A DNA stretch of 64,000 nt, taken from the NCBI GenBank assembly GCA_003510135.1, contig DOKY01000036.1, forward strand, positions 13,503 through 77,502. The letters are read 5' to 3'. Within the stretch, counting starts at the first letter, position 1; every line of letters starts with the position of its first letter. The notes under the pieces were generated by a model, which did no database searches, was not told the origin of the DNA, and was given only the letters and a program-made list of their open reading frames with translations. This document shows, one piece after another, positions 1 to 9,740 of the stretch. Position numbers and translations under genes: made by a program. This stretch comes from Pseudothermotoga sp. (lineage in GTDB: Bacteria; Thermotogota; Thermotogae; Thermotogales; DSM-5069).

Positions 1-1
1 G

Positions 2-583
2 GCACTCGGCAGAAACGATGGTCTTGCGGTGATCGCGGAAGGCATAGGTGAAATAATGGATGAAAACGAACTCGCCAGCATACCCGGTGTGATCGTTGAG
101 AAGGATCCGCACGGTCACATCCGATTGGGCGAGATACCGCTCGCGACCATACTGAAGAGGGAGATACAAAGACGTTTCGCTGAGCGCGGAGAGAAGATGA
201 CCATCGTCGACGTGACGCTTGGCTATGAGTTGAGGTGCGCAAGGCCCATACCTTTCGACGTCGATTACACGAGAACCCTGGGCTACGGTGCTGTGCAGTT
301 CCTGCTCGGCAGAATCGCCTCCGGCATGAAGAACGGTATGGTTTGCGTAGACCAGGGCAAAATAACGATTCTGCCTTTCGAGGAATTCACCGATCCCAAG
401 ACGGGACGGAGCAAGGTACGTCTGGTTGACCTGAACTCCGAACACTACAAGGTCGCGAAGAGTTACATGATAAGACTCACGAAAAGAGATCTCGAAGATC
501 CCACGATGTTAGCAAAACTCGCAAACGCGGCAAAGATGACTCCACAGCAGTTCCTGGAGAAATTCTCTAAGGTGGCAGACTGA
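2..583 (+). CDS. pfp: Pyrophosphate-dependent phosphofructokinase, C-terminal part (5' end lies outside the window)
   Basis: Frame open from base 2. Motifs VIAEG, DPHGHIRLGEI and LGYELRCARPIPFD are typical of short-clade PPi-PFKs. Confidence 0.85.
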   Translation, partial: ALGRNDGLAVIAEGIGEIMDENELASIPGVIVEKDPHGHIRLGEIPLATILKREIQRRFAERGEKMTIVDVTLGYELRCARPIPFDVDYTRTLGYGAVQFLLGRIASGMKNGMVCVDQGKITILPFEEFTDPKTGRSKVRLVDLNSEHYKVAKSYMIRLTKRDLEDPTMLAKLANAAKMTPQQFLEKFSKVAD

Positions 584-607
584 ACCCCGGCGCGTTGCCG
601 GGGTTTA
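583..607. terminator. Intrinsic terminator-like hairpin between convergent genes
   Basis: Stem AACCCCGGC (583-591), loop GCGTT, stem GCCGGGGTT (597-605), directly after the pfp stop and 3 nt past the stop of the opposing small ORF. Confidence 0.75.
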
Positions 608-608
608 C

Positions 609-683
609 TCATTTCTTACCCTCCTTTTCTTCCTTCTTTGGAGCTTCCTGCTTCTTTCCTTCTTTCTTCTGCCCGCAGGCCAC
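609..683 (-). CDS. Putative 24-aa Lys/Glu-rich micropeptide MACGQKKEGKKQEAPKKEEKEGKK (not in ORF track)
   Basis: GTG start at 683, TGA at 611-609, preceded by GAGAAAGGGGGA (the same 12-mer precedes tdh). It fills the gap between the HAD gene and the hairpin. Confidence 0.6.
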   Translation of the reverse strand: MACGQKKEGKKQEAPKKEEKEGKK

Positions 684-721
684 TTCTTTCCCCCTTTCTC
701 GAAATCAATCCACAGCAAACT

Positions 722-1381
722 TCACTCGAACAACCATTCTTGCAAGCTCTTCTTTCCGTCTTTCGAAATGAGCTCAACAGGTTTGTACCTTACACCAACA
801 CTCGTACAGGCTCCATCGAACAGGTCATCATCGCCAACCATCAGGCAGTCTTTCGGTTCGACAGAAATGACCTTGCATATCTCCAGAAAATACCGTGGAT
901 CAGGTTTACAGAAGTGAGAGTTCTCCATGAATGTCGCATGGTTGAAGTCTGACAGGCTGAGACCGATCCATCTCAAACGCTTCTCTGTGGCGCTCTTTGG
1001 AAAGATGGGATTGGTCGCCAGAACAACCAGTAATCCAGATTCCTTGGCTCTTCTGAGCAGTTCTATAGTCTTCTCGTTGGGCTTAACTAACTTACGAAGT
1101 TTATCGAACTCCTCACTGGCGTAGAAACTCTCGAACACGCCTTTCCAATCAAACTTGCTGAACTTGTCCGAGAGACATTTCAGGAACCTGTCGTAGTTGT
1201 TGGTCGTGCCATCCGCACATCTGGTTATACGAGCAACGCAGTCGAGTATCTCGAAATGGTCTAAAGCTACCTTGTATCGATCTACCATGAACAAATTGAG
1301 CAAGAAGAAGTATTCCTCCGCGAACTGTTCCTCATCCACAAGCGCGAGTGTGCCGTCGTAATCGAGCAGCAACGCTTTCAT
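722..1381 (-). CDS. HAD-superfamily hydrolase
   Basis: Motif I LLDYDGTL, motif II LATNP, KPDP and MVGDD. GAGGTG RBS before ATG 1381. Confidence 0.9.
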   Translation of the reverse strand: MKALLLDYDGTLALVDEEQFAEEYFFLLNLFMVDRYKVALDHFEILDCVARITRCADGTTNNYDRFLKCLSDKFSKFDWKGVFESFYASEEFDKLRKLVKPNEKTIELLRRAKESGLLVVLATNPIFPKSATEKRLRWIGLSLSDFNHATFMENSHFCKPDPRYFLEICKVISVEPKDCLMVGDDDLFDGACTSVGVRYKPVELISKDGKKSLQEWLFE

Positions 1382-1435
1382 TCTCACATCACCTCGCTTG
1401 CTTCTCGCCCCCCTCTTGAGATCCTTTTGAGTGGA

Positions 1436-2872
1436 TCACTGATACCTGTAAACGGGATTTTTCGTCGCTGTAACATCGTCCAGCCTCTTCACCGGCGTGT
1501 TGTGCGGCGCACTTTTCACCAAACCGGGATCTTTGATCGCTTCTTCGACTATTTTTCCCATGATCTCAGCGAACTGGTCGAGCGTTTGCTTGTTTTCCGT
1601 CTCCGTAGGTTCTATCATCATCGCCTCGTGTACTATCAGCGGAAAGTACACCGTTGGAGCGTGAACGCCGTAATCCAAAAGTCTTTTGGCCACATCCAGA
1701 ATTCGCACACCCGTTTTCTTGACAAATTCACTCCCATCAACAACGAATTCGTGCATGCACGTTCTTTCAGAAGCGATTTTGAAATACCTGGAGAGCAACT
1801 TTCTCAGATAGTTTGCGTTCAGCACGGCCATCTCGCTTGCGTGCTTCAATCCATCCTCACCCATGGTCAGTATGTACGCGTACGCCTTGACAAGAACGGT
1901 GAAGTTCCCGTAGAAACTCCTCATCCTACCGATGCTCTCCGGCAGATCGTAGTCAGGATAATAAGACCCGTCCTCGGACTTCCTGACGAGCGGAACGGGT
2001 AAAAACCGGGCGAGAAACTGTTTGACACCCACCGGTCCACTGCCCGGCCCTCCCATGCCGTGTGGGGCAGAAAAGGTTTTGTGCAGATTCAGATGAACCA
2101 CGTCGAAACCCATGTCGCCGGGTCTGAACCTTCCCATGATCGCGTTCAAGTTTGCCCCGTCGTAATAGAGTAAAGCTCCCGCCTCGTGAACGAGTTTCGA
2201 TATTTCGAGGATGTCCTTTTCAAACAAACCCAGCGTGTTGGGATTGGTAAGCATCAGTACGGCAACTCTATCGCTCAAGTGTTTCTTCAGCTCCTCCACA
2301 TCCAGAAGACCATCCTTCGTGGACTTCAACTCCACAACCTCGAACCCCGCCATTGCTGCCGAGGCAGGATTCGTCCCGTGAGCGGAGTCAGGTACCAGAG
2401 CGACGGTTCTTTTCGCGTCGTTTCTCGAAAGATGATACGCCCTGACGATGAGCATTCCCGTAAGCTCACCATGCGCGCCCGCAGCCGGTTGCAAGGTCAT
2501 CTCGTCCATTCCAGTTATCTCGCACAACGCTTGTTTGAGGTTGTACATGAGTTCCAGAGCACCTTGGATTGAGTCAATGGGTTGGTAAGGGTGTATTTCG
2601 GTGAAACCTTCCAAGGAAGCGAGAAACTCGTTCAGCTTCGGGTTGTACTTCATCGTACAGGAACCCAGCGGGTAGAAGCCTTTGTCAACCGAATAGTTTT
2701 TCGAAGCCAGCTCGGTGTAGTGTCTCACCACGTCTACTTCGCTCAGTTGTGGCAGTCTTGGTTTCTTAGCTCTGACCAGGTGCTCTGGTAAGTCTTTCTT
2801 TTCGAAAGGAACGGTACTTTCGGGAAGTTTGAAACCTCTTCTTCCAGCAACTGATCTTTCGAAAACTGTCAT
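1436..2872 (-). CDS. gcvPB: Glycine dehydrogenase (decarboxylating) subunit 2
   Basis: [22 protein letters not shown] and HLNLHKTF (PLP lysine). ATG 2872 overlaps the gcvPA stop (ATGA). Confidence 0.96.
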   Translation of the reverse strand: MTVFERSVAGRRGFKLPESTVPFEKKDLPEHLVRAKKPRLPQLSEVDVVRHYTELASKNYSVDKGFYPLGSCTMKYNPKLNEFLASLEGFTEIHPYQPIDSIQGALELMYNLKQALCEITGMDEMTLQPAAGAHGELTGMLIVRAYHLSRNDAKRTVALVPDSAHGTNPASAAMAGFEVVELKSTKDGLLDVEELKKHLSDRVAVLMLTNPNTLGLFEKDILEISKLVHEAGALLYYDGANLNAIMGRFRPGDMGFDVVHLNLHKTFSAPHGMGGPGSGPVGVKQFLARFLPVPLVRKSEDGSYYPDYDLPESIGRMRSFYGNFTVLVKAYAYILTMGEDGLKHASEMAVLNANYLRKLLSRYFKIASERTCMHEFVVDGSEFVKKTGVRILDVAKRLLDYGVHAPTVYFPLIVHEAMMIEPTETENKQTLDQFAEIMGKIVEEAIKDPGLVKSAPHNTPVKRLDDVTATKNPVYRYQ

Positions 2873-4200
2873 TTTGAACCACGCTCCATCACGTTCAACA
2901 ACTGTTCTATGCTTTCTTTCGTGTTGACCTCTGTTGCGCAGGCGAGCGCAAGTGCTCTGTAACGTCCATCGAACCACGCAAGGGGCAAGGGGGCCAGGAA
3001 TCCTTCGTTGAACAGCGCTCTCCACAGCTTTTCGTAGTCTTCGTTCACGACAAAGACGAATTCGTTGAAGAATGGACCTTTGAACTTCAGTTTGAAACCC
3101 TTCTCTTCGAGTCTTTGCGCTAAGTAATGTGCGTTCGCGTAGCTCCTCTCAGCGATCTCACGAAGACCTTCGGGACCCATAAGACTCATGTAGACAGCGT
3201 TCGTCAGTGCCATCAACGCATGGTTCGTGCATATGTTCGATGTGGCCTTCTCGCGCCTGATGTGTTGCTCCCTCGTTTGAAGAATCATCACGTAACCTGT
3301 CCTGCCTTCAGCGTCCTTCGTCTGACCTATGATCCTGCCGGGCATTTTTCTGACATATTTTTCGAGCGTCGCGAAAAAGCCCACCGTTGGTCCTCCAAAG
3401 TTCGGTGGTATACCTAACGGTTGACCATCGCCGACCACGATGTCTGCCCCAAAGCTTCCCGGAGGTTCAAGCAACGAAAGCGAAATTGGTTCAGCAACGA
3501 CGATGAGAACCAGATCCTTGGCGACTTCTCGGACACGCTTCAGGTCCTCGACGATCCCGAAGAAGTTTGGCTGCTGTACGACCACGGCGCAGCTCTCTGC
3601 GTCGATGAAGTTCGCGAGCAATTTCAAATCCGTCGAACCGCTTTCGTCTACAGCTATGGGTACGAACTGCAGATCAAAACCTCTCGCGTAAGTCTTGCAA
3701 GTCTGCACGTATTCCGGATGAACGGCCTCGCTCATCAACACCTTTGTCCTGCCGTTTATCCTGTGCGCCATCAGTACCGCTTCGGCCAGCGCAGAGGCCC
3801 CATCGTACATCGATGAGTTGGCGACCTCCATGCCTGTGAGCTCACAGATCATCGTCTGGTACTCAAAAAGGGCTTGAAGCGTTCCTTGAGATACCTCTGC
3901 CTGGTAAGGGGTATAGGCAGTTACGAACTCTGGTTTTGAAGCAATTGCTTTAACAGCGCAAGGTATGTGATGAACATATATGCCCGCTCCTGCAAAAACC
4001 TTTTCTTTCTCGACAACAACGTTCTTTTCGGCAAGCTGTTTCACCATCCTGGTAACGGTGAACTCGTCCAAACCTTTAGGCAGGTTCAACCGGCGCACGG
4101 TCATCGGTACGTCTCTGTACAGATCGTCGATCGACTCAAGGCCGATAGTTTTCAGCATCTCATGAATTTCCTGTTCAGTATGCGGAATGTAGGGGAACAT
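2869..4200 (-). CDS. gcvPA: Glycine dehydrogenase (decarboxylating) subunit 1
   Basis: [23 protein letters not shown] and [17 protein letters not shown]. Confidence 0.96.
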   Translation of the reverse strand: MFPYIPHTEQEIHEMLKTIGLESIDDLYRDVPMTVRRLNLPKGLDEFTVTRMVKQLAEKNVVVEKEKVFAGAGIYVHHIPCAVKAIASKPEFVTAYTPYQAEVSQGTLQALFEYQTMICELTGMEVANSSMYDGASALAEAVLMAHRINGRTKVLMSEAVHPEYVQTCKTYARGFDLQFVPIAVDESGSTDLKLLANFIDAESCAVVVQQPNFFGIVEDLKRVREVAKDLVLIVVAEPISLSLLEPPGSFGADIVVGDGQPLGIPPNFGGPTVGFFATLEKYVRKMPGRIIGQTKDAEGRTGYVMILQTREQHIRREKATSNICTNHALMALTNAVYMSLMGPEGLREIAERSYANAHYLAQRLEEKGFKLKFKGPFFNEFVFVVNEDYEKLWRALFNEGFLAPLPLAWFDGRYRALALACATEVNTKESIEQLLNVMERGSK

Positions 4201-4201
4201 G

Positions 4202-4573
4202 TTAACCTTCCTCCTCGCAAAACCTCCTGTACGCTTCCTCGTCGAGAAGATCGGACAGTTCGTCTGGGTTGGTCATTTCGATCTTAACGAGCCAACCTTC
4301 TCCTTCGGCATCTTTGTTGATAAGTTCTGGCTGGTTTGAAAGCTTCTCGTTCACCTCAACGACTTTCCCGCTCACAGGTGCATAGATGTCGCTCGCAGCT
4401 TTGACGGATTCAACACTCATGAACGCTTCACCTTTCTTCACAGTTTTGCCCACCTGTGGCAGATCCACGTAAACTACGTCACCGAGCTTTTCCTGGGCGT
4501 GATTTGATATGCCGACCACCACAAGGTTTCCGTCCACTTTCACCCATTCGTGGGTTTTCGTAAACTTCTTCAC
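4202..4573 (-). CDS. gcvH: Glycine cleavage system H protein
   Basis: HEWV, LGDVVYV and lipoyl-lysine motif VESVKAASD. GGAGGT RBS 7 nt before GTG 4573. Confidence 0.96.
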   Translation of the reverse strand: MKKFTKTHEWVKVDGNLVVVGISNHAQEKLGDVVYVDLPQVGKTVKKGEAFMSVESVKAASDIYAPVSGKVVEVNEKLSNQPELINKDAEGEGWLVKIEMTNPDELSDLLDEEAYRRFCEEEG

Positions 4574-4586
4574 AGAAAGCACCTCC

Positions 4587-5684
4587 TCAAGCTGATGTGG
4601 TCTTCACGGACCCTCTGTAGAATGGAAGCTTAACGATCTGAGCCTCGACTGTTGCTCCCTTCAGATCGACCAGCACATTCTCACCGATCTTCAAAGACGC
4701 ATCGAGCATGGCGAGGGCTATGGAACTCTGAAGCGTTGGTGAGAAGGTTCCGCTGGTGATCGTGCCCACCTGTTTGTCATCCTTCAAAACCGCCATACCG
4801 TGTCTCGCAATCCGCTTTCCTTCGAGTTTCAAACCCCTGATTCGTCTCGAAATCCCGCGCTCTTTCTGCGAAAGCAACGCGTCTTTTCCAACGAAATCTT
4901 TTTCCAGCTTCACAACCCAGCCAAGCCCCGCTTCCAGCGGAGTGACGCTTTCGTCCATGTCGTTTCCATAAAGCAGATAAGAAGCTTCCAATCTGCACAC
5001 GTCCCTTGCACCAAGGCCCGCGGGTTTCAGTCCAGAATTTTCGCCTATTTCAAACAGACCTCGCCAGACGTGTGGAGTGTCTTCCCACGGGCAACAGATC
5101 TCGAACCCATCCTCACCCGTATAACCAGTCCTGCTCACGGTGCACTTTTTTCCGAAAATCGTGAACTCAGCACAGTGATAATACTTCAGAGAAGATATCT
5201 GTGGAATTATTGAAGAGAGCATGGTCTCGCTCCTTGGTCCCTGCACGGCGATCAGACCGTACCGATCAGAAAGATCGTTCACCTGGACGTTGAATTTTTT
5301 CGACTGGAGATTGATCCAGTCAAAATCTTTCTGCGTGTTGGCTGCGTTCACAACGAGCAAAGCTTCGTTATCAGTTATCCTGTAAGCGATGAGATCGTCG
5401 ATGATTCCACCTTTCTCGTTGCACATGACGGAGTACATGGCTTGACCCACGCCGAGCGTGCTGAACTTGTTGGTCAGCAACCAGTCGAGGAACGCGGCCG
5501 TGTCCGAACCACTTACGCGTATCTCTCCCATGTGAGAGACATCGAACACCGCGACGTTCTTCCTCACCGCTTCGACCTCGGCCACGATGCTTTCGTACTG
5601 AAGAGGCATCATCCAGCCTGCAAATTCGATCATCTTTGCCCCCAGTTTGATGTGCTCATCATGCAGTGGTGTTTTCTTCACCAT
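4587..5684 (-). CDS. gcvT: Glycine cleavage system aminomethyltransferase T
   Basis: FDVSHMGE, SRTGYTGEDGFE, GLGARDVCRLEA. Confidence 0.96.
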   Translation of the reverse strand: MVKKTPLHDEHIKLGAKMIEFAGWMMPLQYESIVAEVEAVRKNVAVFDVSHMGEIRVSGSDTAAFLDWLLTNKFSTLGVGQAMYSVMCNEKGGIIDDLIAYRITDNEALLVVNAANTQKDFDWINLQSKKFNVQVNDLSDRYGLIAVQGPRSETMLSSIIPQISSLKYYHCAEFTIFGKKCTVSRTGYTGEDGFEICCPWEDTPHVWRGLFEIGENSGLKPAGLGARDVCRLEASYLLYGNDMDESVTPLEAGLGWVVKLEKDFVGKDALLSQKERGISRRIRGLKLEGKRIARHGMAVLKDDKQVGTITSGTFSPTLQSSIALAMLDASLKIGENVLVDLKGATVEAQIVKLPFYRGSVKTTSA

Positions 5685-5889
5685 GTTCTTGCGCCTCCTT
5701 CATCAAAGAACGCGCCTGTTCGTATTTTTCCTCCGGCACAAGAAGATCCACCAACCCTCCCTGGCCGAATATGACAGGATCAAACAACTTCGAAGCCCTC
5801 ACGAGAACCTCGATCCCATTTTGTTCAAGGACTGATTTCAAGACGTTTGCGAACGAAACATTAACATTCTCAACCAAGACCTTCCACAA
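5659..5889 (-). CDS. Small hypothetical protein, DUF2007-like (putative signal-transducing fold)
   Basis: TTG start after AAGGTGA. Pattern A..LKS.LE..GI.V...V.LLVPEE.YE.A resembles DUF2007. Overlaps the gcvT start. Confidence 0.7.
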   Translation of the reverse strand: MWKVLVENVNVSFANVLKSVLEQNGIEVLVRASKLFDPVIFGQGGLVDLLVPEEKYEQARSLMKEAQEHGEENTTA

Positions 5890-5950
5890 GTTATCACCTT
5901 CAGTTGTATAATCTTTCAGTGATAATTCTAACACTACGGAGGGAAAATGT
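5890..5950. promoter_or_regulatory. Divergent promoter region between the gcv operon and pfkA-pyk
   Basis: AT-rich gap with TATAAT on + (5907-5912) and extended -10 TGtTAGAAT on - (5933-5925). Confidence 0.5.
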
Positions 5951-6910
5951 GTGAAAGCCATAGGGGTTCTCACGAGTGGTGGAGATTCACCTGGTATGAA
6001 TGCGGCAATCAGGGCCGTCGTGAGGTATGGGGTCAGGAACGGTCTGAGAGTTTTTGGGATTGAGAGAGGCTACTGTGGGCTGATCGACGGAGCGATCAGG
6101 GAAATGGACTTTGCTTCGGTCGCCGGAATCATGGAAAAAGGTGGCACCATATTGAGATCAAGCAGATGCGGTGAATTTCTGACAAAGGAAGGCAGGGAAA
6201 AGGCTGCTAAGAACCTCGCCAAACTGGGAATAGAGGGTCTCGTGGTGATAGGCGGCGAGGGAACTCTCACAGGTTCGGTGGTCTTTCATAAGGAATTCGG
6301 TGTGCCCGTGGTGGGCATACCTGGAACGATTGACAACGACATCGCCTACACGGACATGTGCATTGGGGTTGATACATGTCTAAACACGGTGATCGATGCT
6401 ATACAGAAGCTGAAAGACACAGCAACTTCGCACGAGCGGGCGTTCATCGTCGAAGTGATGGGAAGAGAGTCCGGGTACATCGCGCTGATGTCCGCAATCG
6501 CTACAGGATCAGAAGCCGCGATCATACCCGAGGTACCCGTGAACCTCGATCAACTCGCCGCAAGGCTGCTCGAAGAGAGGAAGAGGGGCAAACTGAACTG
6601 CATCGTTGTCGTAGCTGAAGGTGCGGCGAAAGCAGAGGACGTCGCACGAAAGATTTCTGCCAAGATAGGCTACGAGACAAGGATTTCGATACTCGGTCAC
6701 ATCCAGAGAGGGGGTAGCCCAACAGCTTTCGATCGACTTTTGGCCACCCGGATGGGTGTCAGAGCAGTTCAGGCTTTGCTGGACGGCGAGAAATGCGTGA
6801 CGACGGTTCTCAGTGCTGGAAAGATCGAAGTCCTGGATACCGAGAAGATCCTGTCCACCAAAAAGCAGCTTGACCTTTCACTGTACGAGATCAGCATGAT
6901 ACTGTCGTGA
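5951..6910 (+). CDS. pfkA: ATP-dependent 6-phosphofructokinase
   Basis: [42 protein letters not shown]. Confidence 0.96.
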   Translation: MKAIGVLTSGGDSPGMNAAIRAVVRYGVRNGLRVFGIERGYCGLIDGAIREMDFASVAGIMEKGGTILRSSRCGEFLTKEGREKAAKNLAKLGIEGLVVIGGEGTLTGSVVFHKEFGVPVVGIPGTIDNDIAYTDMCIGVDTCLNTVIDAIQKLKDTATSHERAFIVEVMGRESGYIALMSAIATGSEAAIIPEVPVNLDQLAARLLEERKRGKLNCIVVVAEGAAKAEDVARKISAKIGYETRISILGHIQRGGSPTAFDRLLATRMGVRAVQALLDGEKCVTTVLSAGKIEVLDTEKILSTKKQLDLSLYEISMILS

Positions 6911-6919
6911 GGGATGTGT

Positions 6920-8341
6920 ATGACGAAAACTAAGATTCTGTGCAGCCTTGGTCCTAAGAGCGAAGACGCTGCCACCGTAAAACAGTTGCTGGATGCCGGT
7001 GCGAGCGCTTTCAGGTTGAGCGCAACACACTATGAGCTCAAAAGGCTCGTCCAGTTGATCACGCTACTGAACGAAATCAGGAGCGATTTGTCAAAGGCCT
7101 TTTCTATCATCGTCGATCTGCCCGGCTCCAAGTTAAGAGCGGAACTGCCTGCGAACTGTGAATTCATGGAACTCGCAGAGGGTGAGACTGTCCTTCTGAC
7201 AGAGAACGAACTTCAGACGAGCAAGAAACAGATATTTCTGAGGGAGCCGACGGTGATAAGACAGCTCGGCAAAGACGACGAAGTACTTCTGGACGATGGC
7301 AAAGCGATGTTGAGAGTTGTTAGGAGACAGGAAAAGAGCGTTGAATGCGTTGTGGAACGAGGAGCGACGATCAAGCAGAATGTCGGGGTGAACTTACCGA
7401 AGATCAAGCTTTCCATCCCTTCATTCAGTGACAGGGACAGAGATATCATCAAGGCGACGGCGAATCTGATGGTGGACTATTACTGTCTTTCGTTCGTGCG
7501 GTCCCCGAAGGACGTTCAGGAAGCCAGGAACCTTCTCGATTCGCTGGATCTGAAGACGGGGGTACTGGCGAAGATAGAAACCAAGGAGGCACTCGATTAC
7601 TTCGAGCAGATATGCAAGTTGAGCGACGGGATTATAGTTGCAAGGGGTGATCTCGCAGCAGAGACCTCTCTTGAGGAACTCCCAGTGCTTCAGAAGATGC
7701 TGATCATGAGGGCCTCAAAATTCAAGATACCAGTCATCGTCGCCACGCAGTTGCTGGAGTCGATGGTTCAGAAAGACCACCCGACACGCGCCGAGGTTAC
7801 AGACACAGCGAACGCTATTCTTGATGGTGCCGACGCGCTGCTGCTGACAGTTGAAACGGCGATAGGAGAAAGACCCGTTCTCGTGGTTGAAACTATGAAA
7901 AAGATCATAGAGAGTGTCGAAGAGTATTTGGACGAACTTGGGATGTGGTTTGATGCCAGACGAAAGGAATCTTCAGCTGATTCTTCGGACGCCATCGCGA
8001 AGAGTTCTTACGAGATCGCCAGAGAGACTCACGCAAAACTCATCATAGCCTCCACCGCCTCGGGTAGCACCGCGCGACGCGTATCTTACTTCAGACCGAA
8101 CTGCCCCATTCTGGCGACCACGCCAAGAGAACGGACCTACTACCAGTTGCCGATCATCTGGGGTGTTGTGCCCGTACTCGTGCCCGAGGTGTACTCGGTG
8201 GACATCATGCTGCACGTGGCGATCGAAAAGGCGAAGGCACTGGGCTATGTGAAGCCATCCGATACGGTTGTGATCACACTCGGGACTCCCTGTGGTGTCG
8301 TGGGAACCACGAACATGTTGAAGATTCACATTGTTGAGTGA
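6920..8341 (+). CDS. pyk: Pyruvate kinase (several motifs divergent)
   Basis: TKILCSLGP, AKIE, VARGDL, ATQLLESM, PTRAEVTD, GTTNMLKI. Directly follows pfkA. Confidence 0.92.
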   Translation: MTKTKILCSLGPKSEDAATVKQLLDAGASAFRLSATHYELKRLVQLITLLNEIRSDLSKAFSIIVDLPGSKLRAELPANCEFMELAEGETVLLTENELQTSKKQIFLREPTVIRQLGKDDEVLLDDGKAMLRVVRRQEKSVECVVERGATIKQNVGVNLPKIKLSIPSFSDRDRDIIKATANLMVDYYCLSFVRSPKDVQEARNLLDSLDLKTGVLAKIETKEALDYFEQICKLSDGIIVARGDLAAETSLEELPVLQKMLIMRASKFKIPVIVATQLLESMVQKDHPTRAEVTDTANAILDGADALLLTVETAIGERPVLVVETMKKIIESVEEYLDELGMWFDARRKESSADSSDAIAKSSYEIARETHAKLIIASTASGSTARRVSYFRPNCPILATTPRERTYYQLPIIWGVVPVLVPEVYSVDIMLHVAIEKAKALGYVKPSDTVVITLGTPCGVVGTTNMLKIHIVE

Positions 8342-8362
8342 ACCACGAAAGAATGATCAAAT

Positions 8363-9226
8363 TCAGAACGATTCCTTGTATCGTACCAGTTCGTTTGCAA
8401 TGTCACATGCGAGCGAAACGTTGTTTTTCAGGAGTTCGACGTTGCTCCTGACAGTCTTACCGTTTGAAATTTCAGCAAGCTTTGCCAGTAAAAAAGGTGT
8501 CACTGCCTTACCTTCTATTTTTGCTTTCCTGAGCTCTTCTTTCGCGATCCTGTCCCACTCGAACAGTTGCTCGGCGCTTATTTCGTACTCAGCGGGAACG
8601 GGGTTCAACACCAGCACGGAACCTGGAAGATCCAGTCTGCACTTTGCAAAGTAAATGGCCGCGATCTCCGAAACATCGTCCACTCTCAGTACTGGAATAT
8701 CAACCTCTCGAACGTAGAAGGCTGGAAGTCTGTCCGTCCTGTAACCCAAAACCGTGACCTGCAGAGTCTCGAGCATCTCCACCGTTGCCTTCAGATCCAG
8801 CAACGACTTCGGGCCTGCACACACAACGATCATCCGTGTCCTCGAAAGTTCTACTAAGTCCTGCGAAACGTCCCACTCCTCAATGTCGTGTACGCCTCCG
8901 ATGCCACCAGTCGCGAAGACTTCCACACCATGTTTAGAAGCTATGCGTATCGTCGCGCTCACCGTGGTGGCGGCCCAGGCTTTCTTCGCAACCGCTACGG
9001 GTATCTCTGCCACACCGATTTTCATCACATCGTCTCTCATACCGAGTTGAACGAGTTCTTCTAGAGTCACACCAGCCTTTATTTGACCCTCTATTATGGC
9101 GATGGTCTTGGGCTCACAACCTTTTTGCCGTGCGAGGTTTTCCAACTGCTGGGCCACCTGTACGTTCAGGGGTCTCGGAAGCCCGTGCGCTATGACTGTG
9201 GATTCAAGCGCAACCGCCTTGATCAT
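8363..9226 (-). CDS. psuG: Pseudouridine-5'-phosphate glycosidase
   Basis: VALESTVIAHGLP, ATTVSAT, FATGGIGGVH, GKAVTPFLL. Start moved to ATG 9226. Confidence 0.92.
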   Translation of the reverse strand: MIKAVALESTVIAHGLPRPLNVQVAQQLENLARQKGCEPKTIAIIEGQIKAGVTLEELVQLGMRDDVMKIGVAEIPVAVAKKAWAATTVSATIRIASKHGVEVFATGGIGGVHDIEEWDVSQDLVELSRTRMIVVCAGPKSLLDLKATVEMLETLQVTVLGYRTDRLPAFYVREVDIPVLRVDDVSEIAAIYFAKCRLDLPGSVLVLNPVPAEYEISAEQLFEWDRIAKEELRKAKIEGKAVTPFLLAKLAEISNGKTVRSNVELLKNNVSLACDIANELVRYKESF

Positions 9227-9230
9227 GATC

Positions 9231-9740
9231 TCACCACACTTCGAAGTGAATCCTGTCAGCTCTGAACCGGTCGACCGGTTTAGGCGTCTCGGCAGGATAA
9301 CCAACCGGTACGAGTGAAAAAGGTACAACGTGCTCCGGTAAATCGAAAAGTTTTCTGAAGTTTTCCACCCGTTCCTTGTTCGGATATACTCCACACCAGA
9401 CCGTCCCCAGGCCCAGCTCAGCCGCTCGCAGAAGAATGTTCATCGTTGCCGCGGAACAGTCCTGGACCCAGAATCCCTTGTAGACCTCAAGGTTGAGGTC
9501 TGCACAGACCAAGATCGCCACGGGAGCTTGCAACACCATTTGGGCATAAGGATGGATCTGCGCAACGGCTTGCCTCTTCTCTTTGGATTTGATCACAACG
9601 AAGTGCCAGGGTTGTTCGTTTCCCGCGGAGGGTGCATGCATCGCAGCTCTCAAAAGTTCTATGATGAGTTCGTCTTCGACCTCCCTTTGTTGATATTTTC
9701 TCACGCTCCTTCTTGAATAGATGATGCTCAACCTATTCAC
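9231..9740 (-). CDS. Nitroreductase family protein
   Basis: RRSVRKY, APSAGNEQPWHFVV, GLGTVWCG. Confidence 0.92.
   Translation of the reverse strand: MNRLSIIYSRRSVRKYQQREVEDELIIELLRAAMHAPSAGNEQPWHFVVIKSKEKRQAVAQIHPYAQMVLQAPVAILVCADLNLEVYKGFWVQDCSAATMNILLRAAELGLGTVWCGVYPNKERVENFRKLFDLPEHVVPFSLVPVGYPAETPKPVDRFRADRIHFEVW

Noticed and set aside
638..952. 104-aa + strand ORF over the pyrimidine-rich tract
   Set aside because: Starts just after a terminator, has no RBS, and overlaps both the HAD gene and the better supported - strand micropeptide.
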